In this document: positions 55,528-57,645 of the stretch, piece by piece
How the letters are laid out: every line of letters starts with the position of its first letter
How positions within the stretch are numbered: position 1 is the first letter of the stretch
Source: a virus
IMG/VR virus record: IMGVR_UViG_3300030451_004451
DNA: 57,645 bases
Reading direction: 5' to 3' (one strand)
The notes under the pieces: model-generated
Told to the model about the DNA's origin: nothing
Databases searched by the model: none
Seen by the model: only the letters and a program-made list of their open reading frames with translations
Made by a program: the position numbers and the translations under genes

Positions 55528-55731
55528 TTAATCTGTGACTATGTTTACTTGTTTATCCATAGGGAATAATTTTCTTAATCTTTTAAATGAATGATAGACA
55601 TGATTTTTTGGCTTGCCCTCCTCTTGCCAATGTCGTTCTTCTTCCTTGCTATACATACTGAGTATGTATAGCAAGTCATTCATTTCTTGTAAGTTTAGTT
55701 CTACGAATGTATCACCTTTTGTTTTTAACAT
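55528..55731 (-). CDS. hypothetical protein (accessory island)
   Basis: 67-aa ORF overlapping the 3' end of the 198-aa ORF by 7 nt. Confidence 0.5.
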   Translation of the reverse strand: MLKTKGDTFVELNLQEMNDLLYILSMYSKEEERHWQEEGKPKNHVYHSFKRLRKLFPMDKQVNIVTD

Positions 55732-56321
55732 ATTCTAAAACCTCCTGAGTACCTCGCAAATTTTATGAACTCCTTGACATTTTCTACATCGAATGGATAG
55801 CTATCGTCCCAACTTCTAGTAGCATAGACTTCTTGCCATTGTGTCTTATATGGTTCAGGATAATCTCGTGGCACAAAGTTATCATCAGGAAAATTTCTTT
55901 TGACTGCGTCTTGAACTTCTTTCAATCTCGCCTCCATTTTTTTATTATGCTCTCTTGCAATTTTACTATTCTTCTCGATAGATTTCTGCAAGTCATCACA
56001 ATATCCAGATTTAATTAAATCGCTTAACTTGTTAGCAATTTTAATCGCTTGTACCTTAGTGTATGTAGTGCCATCATTATGGTGCAAACTCTTTCTTTGT
56101 TCTTCAGAAAGATATTCGCCACATTTATCGTGTATAAGTTCTGCTAATGGTCTCCACCACCACACATTATTACGGAAATAAACACCAGGGTTTTCTTCTT
56201 CAAATTTTTGGCTAGCTTTGAAGAAATTATCTTTTTCTTCTTCGGTTGCTGTATTCCAATTAATTTGTTTTGGTCTTTTGCTTTTAAGTTTTGGCTGTAA
56301 GCCGTATATATCAAATCCCAT
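55725..56321 (-). CDS. hypothetical protein (accessory island, 198 aa)
   Basis: Own promoter and SD (AAAGGAcgaaaaaATG); YFRNNVWWWRPLAELIHDKCG; no family recognised. Confidence 0.6.
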   Translation of the reverse strand: MGFDIYGLQPKLKSKRPKQINWNTATEEEKDNFFKASQKFEEENPGVYFRNNVWWWRPLAELIHDKCGEYLSEEQRKSLHHNDGTTYTKVQAIKIANKLSDLIKSGYCDDLQKSIEKNSKIAREHNKKMEARLKEVQDAVKRNFPDDNFVPRDYPEPYKTQWQEVYATRSWDDSYPFDVENVKEFIKFARYSGGFRIC

Positions 56322-56363
56322 TTTTTCGTCCTTTCTAATGAGTTAATAAAATGGTTCATTATT

Positions 56364-56391
56364 ATTATAACAATTTTTTACATATTCGCAA
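56364..56391 (-). promoter_or_regulatory. sigma70-type promoter of the 198-aa cassette
   Basis: Minus strand: TTGCGA (56391-56386) -N16- TATAAT (56369-56364) with TG two bases upstream of the -10. Confidence 0.6.
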
Positions 56392-56424
56392 AACTTTTTT
56401 TGTCCTATTTAATTTTTTTGTACA

Positions 56425-56531
56425 CCAGTCCATCCGCCATCACGGCGCTGCGCTGCAGGGCCGTTGAAACTACAAATACGGTCCAAGATCCTTACGAAAC
56501 GAGAAACGGGAAACGGCATGTCAAAAGATCC
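56425..56531. repeat. GC-rich repeat module B
   Basis: GGCGCTGCGCTGCAGGGCCGTTGAAAC (56444-56470); TTACGAAACGAGAAACGGGAAACGG flanked by direct AAGATCC copies (56485-56491, 56525-56531). Confidence 0.75.
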
Positions 56532-56573
56532 AGCATAACCAAATGAGTATGCCCACACATAAATAAGACATTA

Positions 56574-56604
56574 CTCGTGGCATTAAAACAAATAACACCA
56601 CGAG
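56574..56604 (-). other. stem-loop after the 98-aa gene
   Basis: CTCGTGG (56574-56580) / CCACGAG (56598-56604), 17-nt loop; weak U-tract on the sense strand. Confidence 0.35.
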
Positions 56605-56622
56605 GAACATAAAGTAATACAA

Positions 56623-56919
56623 TTAATGTACTCCTTGACTTGCAGGAAAGTTTACCACTTTCTTTTCAAACTTTTCTTCTGCCTCTTTTTCATCATCTAG
56701 CTTTTGAGTAATCATACGTACCATAGAAATAATTGTATCGCTAGCCGCTTCTCTAGATGGAGCGCATTCGAAAACACCCTCAAGTGCCGCGAACAACCCT
56801 CCTTTGATTAAAGCTTCAGGACTATACCTTTCATGCATCTCGCCATACTTAACCATCATTTCTACGTATGCCTTGTGCATTTCTTCAGCTTTGAATTTTG
56901 TTGATTTTTTTTTCTTCAT
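56623..56919 (-). CDS. hypothetical protein (accessory island, 98 aa)
   Basis: Own strong promoter; helical, charged; no family recognised. Confidence 0.6.
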   Translation of the reverse strand: MKKKKSTKFKAEEMHKAYVEMMVKYGEMHERYSPEALIKGGLFAALEGVFECAPSREAASDTIISMVRMITQKLDDEKEAEEKFEKKVVNFPASQGVH

Positions 56920-56963
56920 ATAAACACCTATATTATAAAAGTTAAAGTTAATATTACAACCCT

Positions 56964-56991
56964 AGTATATAAGAGCATGTGCTGCTGTCAA
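56964..56991 (-). promoter_or_regulatory. sigma70-type promoter of the 98-aa cassette
   Basis: Minus strand: TTGACA (56991-56986) -N16- TATACT (56969-56964). Confidence 0.7.
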
Positions 56992-57101
56992 TAAAATTCT
57001 ACAGGCTGCGCCTGTTTTTTGTGAGCTGGCCGCGCACGAAAAAAGTCCCCAATGACTGCGTGTTTCAGGACACTGTTTCATCACGCACCGCCGATGGATT
57101 T

Positions 57102-57123
57102 AAAAAAGCCCAGAAAACTGGGC
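57102..57123 (-). terminator. rho-independent terminator downstream of VRR-NUC
   Basis: Minus strand: GCCCAG-tttt-CTGGGC followed by T6. Confidence 0.7.
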
Positions 57124-57283
57124 TTCTTGTGTGATGTTTTCCCCGCTGCGCGCAGCGGAGAAACGAATATATAAAAAGTCCCAGTTTTTCGGTATTTTGA
57201 AACGGGAATCCAGATCCGAGAAGCTGTGTCCTGGATCAGGACTGGATGGCAGGAAATCAAAAAACCCAAGAAAACTGCATGTT

Positions 57284-57645
57284 TCAAGAGGTAGCTGATG
57301 GATCTAATTCCGCTGCGCCCGCGGGGTCAGCTGCTAACAACAACAAATCACGAATGTGTTTTTTGTGAAACGGGAAACGGGAAACGGGAATCGGGATTCC
57401 AGGCTCACGAACCACGAGAAGTTCGAGGCACCTCTTCGAGGGGGACGCATTCAGAATAAAACATCTGCCACCAAGTTTGATACGTTTCAAATGAAAGTTA
57501 ATCTGAAATTTAGAAAGCCCTGCATTCTTAGCATCATTTGCTTTTAATTCTACCCAAAATTCTTTACCATCGATTATGCCGTTAACATCAGGGATTCCGT
57601 TGATTGTGCTTGATTCTATTCTGACTAAATGCCATGTTGGTTCAG
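57284..57645 (-). CDS. VRR-NUC family nuclease, C-terminal segment (57571-57645 duplicates 1-75; full ORF is 121..1 + 57570..57284, 135 aa)
   Basis: ...GIPDVNGIIDGKEFWVELKANDAKNAGLSKFQINFHLKRIKLGGRCFILNASPSKRCLELLVV then REPGIPIPVSRFPFHKKHIRDLLLLAADPAGAAELDPSATS, which is encoded by GC-rich module C3. Confidence 0.6.
   Translation of the reverse strand, partial: EPTWHLVRIESSTINGIPDVNGIIDGKEFWVELKANDAKNAGLSKFQINFHLKRIKLGGRCFILNASPSKRCLELLVVREPGIPIPVSRFPFHKKHIRDLLLLAADPAGAAELDPSATS
57367..57396 (+). repeat. tandem heptamer GAAACGG x3.5 forming a G3N4G3N4G3N4G3 quadruplex motif
   Basis: gaaacGGGaaacGGGaaacGGGaatcGGGa; G-runs at 57372, 57379, 57386 and 57393. Confidence 0.9.
57571..57645. repeat. 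75-bp exact terminal duplication, right copy (= 1-75)
   Basis: Identical to bases 1-75. Confidence 0.95.

Larger units (their letters stand above)
57003..57400. repeat. GC-rich repeat modules C1 (57003-57090), C2 (57091-57215), C3 (57244-57400); C2/C3 are a diverged tandem duplication
   Basis: GGCTGCGCC + CACGAAAAAAGTCCCC (C1). A6GCCCAGAAAACTG + CCGCTGCGCGCAGCGG (perfect 16-bp palindrome 57143-57158) + AAAAAGTCCCA + TTTTGAAACGGGAATCC (C2). A6CCCAAGAAAACTG + CCGCTGCGCCCGCGGGG + TTTTGTGAAACGGGAAACGGGAAACGGGAATCGGGATTCC (C3). Confidence 0.8.

Noticed and set aside
56485-56531. AAGATCC direct repeats flanking a 33-bp GAAACGG-rich segment, considered as a target-site duplication of a mini mobile element
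   Set aside because: A 7-mer repeat 40 bp apart can arise by chance or slippage. There are no terminal inverted repeats and no second insertion with different flanks. Noted only within the repeat-family description.
55441-57400. GC-rich palindromic repeats considered as a CRISPR array
   Set aside because: The copies are degenerate (not near-identical), irregularly spaced (80 to about 900 bp) and separated by promoters and protein-coding genes, with no cas genes. Only a loose resemblance to single CRISPR repeats remains, kept as a hypothesis in the findings.
56425-57450. tRNA or tmRNA-like genes in the GC-rich islands (GTTCGAGG / GGTTCGTGAGCC resemble T-loops)
   Set aside because: I could not build a 5-bp T-stem, an acceptor stem or an anticodon arm around either site on either strand.
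57081-57547. Track ORFs 57081-57287 (-) and 57356-57547 (+)
   Set aside because: They lie in stop-poor GC-rich repeat DNA that contains a strong terminator and palindromes. They have low-complexity translations, no SD and no coupling. Most likely non-coding.
1-57645. Integrase / lysogeny module or attP
   Set aside because: No ORF shows tyrosine- or serine-recombinase motifs or a CI/Cro-like pair. The small RHH-like ORF alone is not evidence for lysogeny.

Overview
This window is a complete, circularly closed genome of an AT-rich tailed dsDNA phage. Unit length is 57,570 bp: bases 1-75 recur verbatim at 57571-57645, and a VRR-NUC ORF reads through the junction. I saw no integrase, lysogeny module, tRNA, rRNA or phage RNA polymerase, so it looks virulent and dependent on host RNAP. 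Gene content is podovirus-like: family A DNA polymerase, prim-pol, SF1 and SNF2 helicases, PD-(D/E)XK exonuclease, PAPS-reductase-like protein, large internal virion proteins and LamG/SPRY fibres, with no sheath or tape measure. It is reminiscent of marine HMO-2011/pelagiphage-type genomes (from memory, unverified). Nearly all genes are on the minus strand in two blocks. The replication/early block runs 11938 down to 1450. A ~45-kb block runs 776 down to 1, across the junction, and on down to 13508. That block carries terS, a Zn-ribbon ORF, VRR-NUC, a 2.7-kb accessory cassette island, terL, portal, GroES-like, scaffold, capsid, lysis genes, basic proteins, adaptors, fibres, glycosyltransferases, internal virion proteins and the exonuclease. 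Only three genes are on the plus strand, each behind its own near-consensus sigma70-type promoter. The main non-obvious signals are: (1) an unannotated 24-codon ORF at 46488-46562 that closely resembles PqqA (the PQQ precursor peptide), with no pqqB-E genes in the genome; (2) five GC-rich repeat modules (55441-57400) with palindromes, terminator-like hairpins, tandem GAAACGG heptamers and a canonical G-quadruplex motif, which bracket the accessory cassettes between terS and terL and encode the last ~40 codons of the VRR-NUC ORF; (3) a TTCCTA/TAGGAA iteron array in the main divergent control region, plus a matching palindromic operator inside a second back-to-back promoter pair; (4) several sub-60-codon zinc-finger or basic ORFs missed by the ORF track; (5) a cupredoxin-type His-Cys-His-Met signature in a virion-module protein, and an unusual set of lysine-rich proteins sharing an xGG motif. 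All family assignments come from motif recognition by eye and need HMM or structure confirmation.
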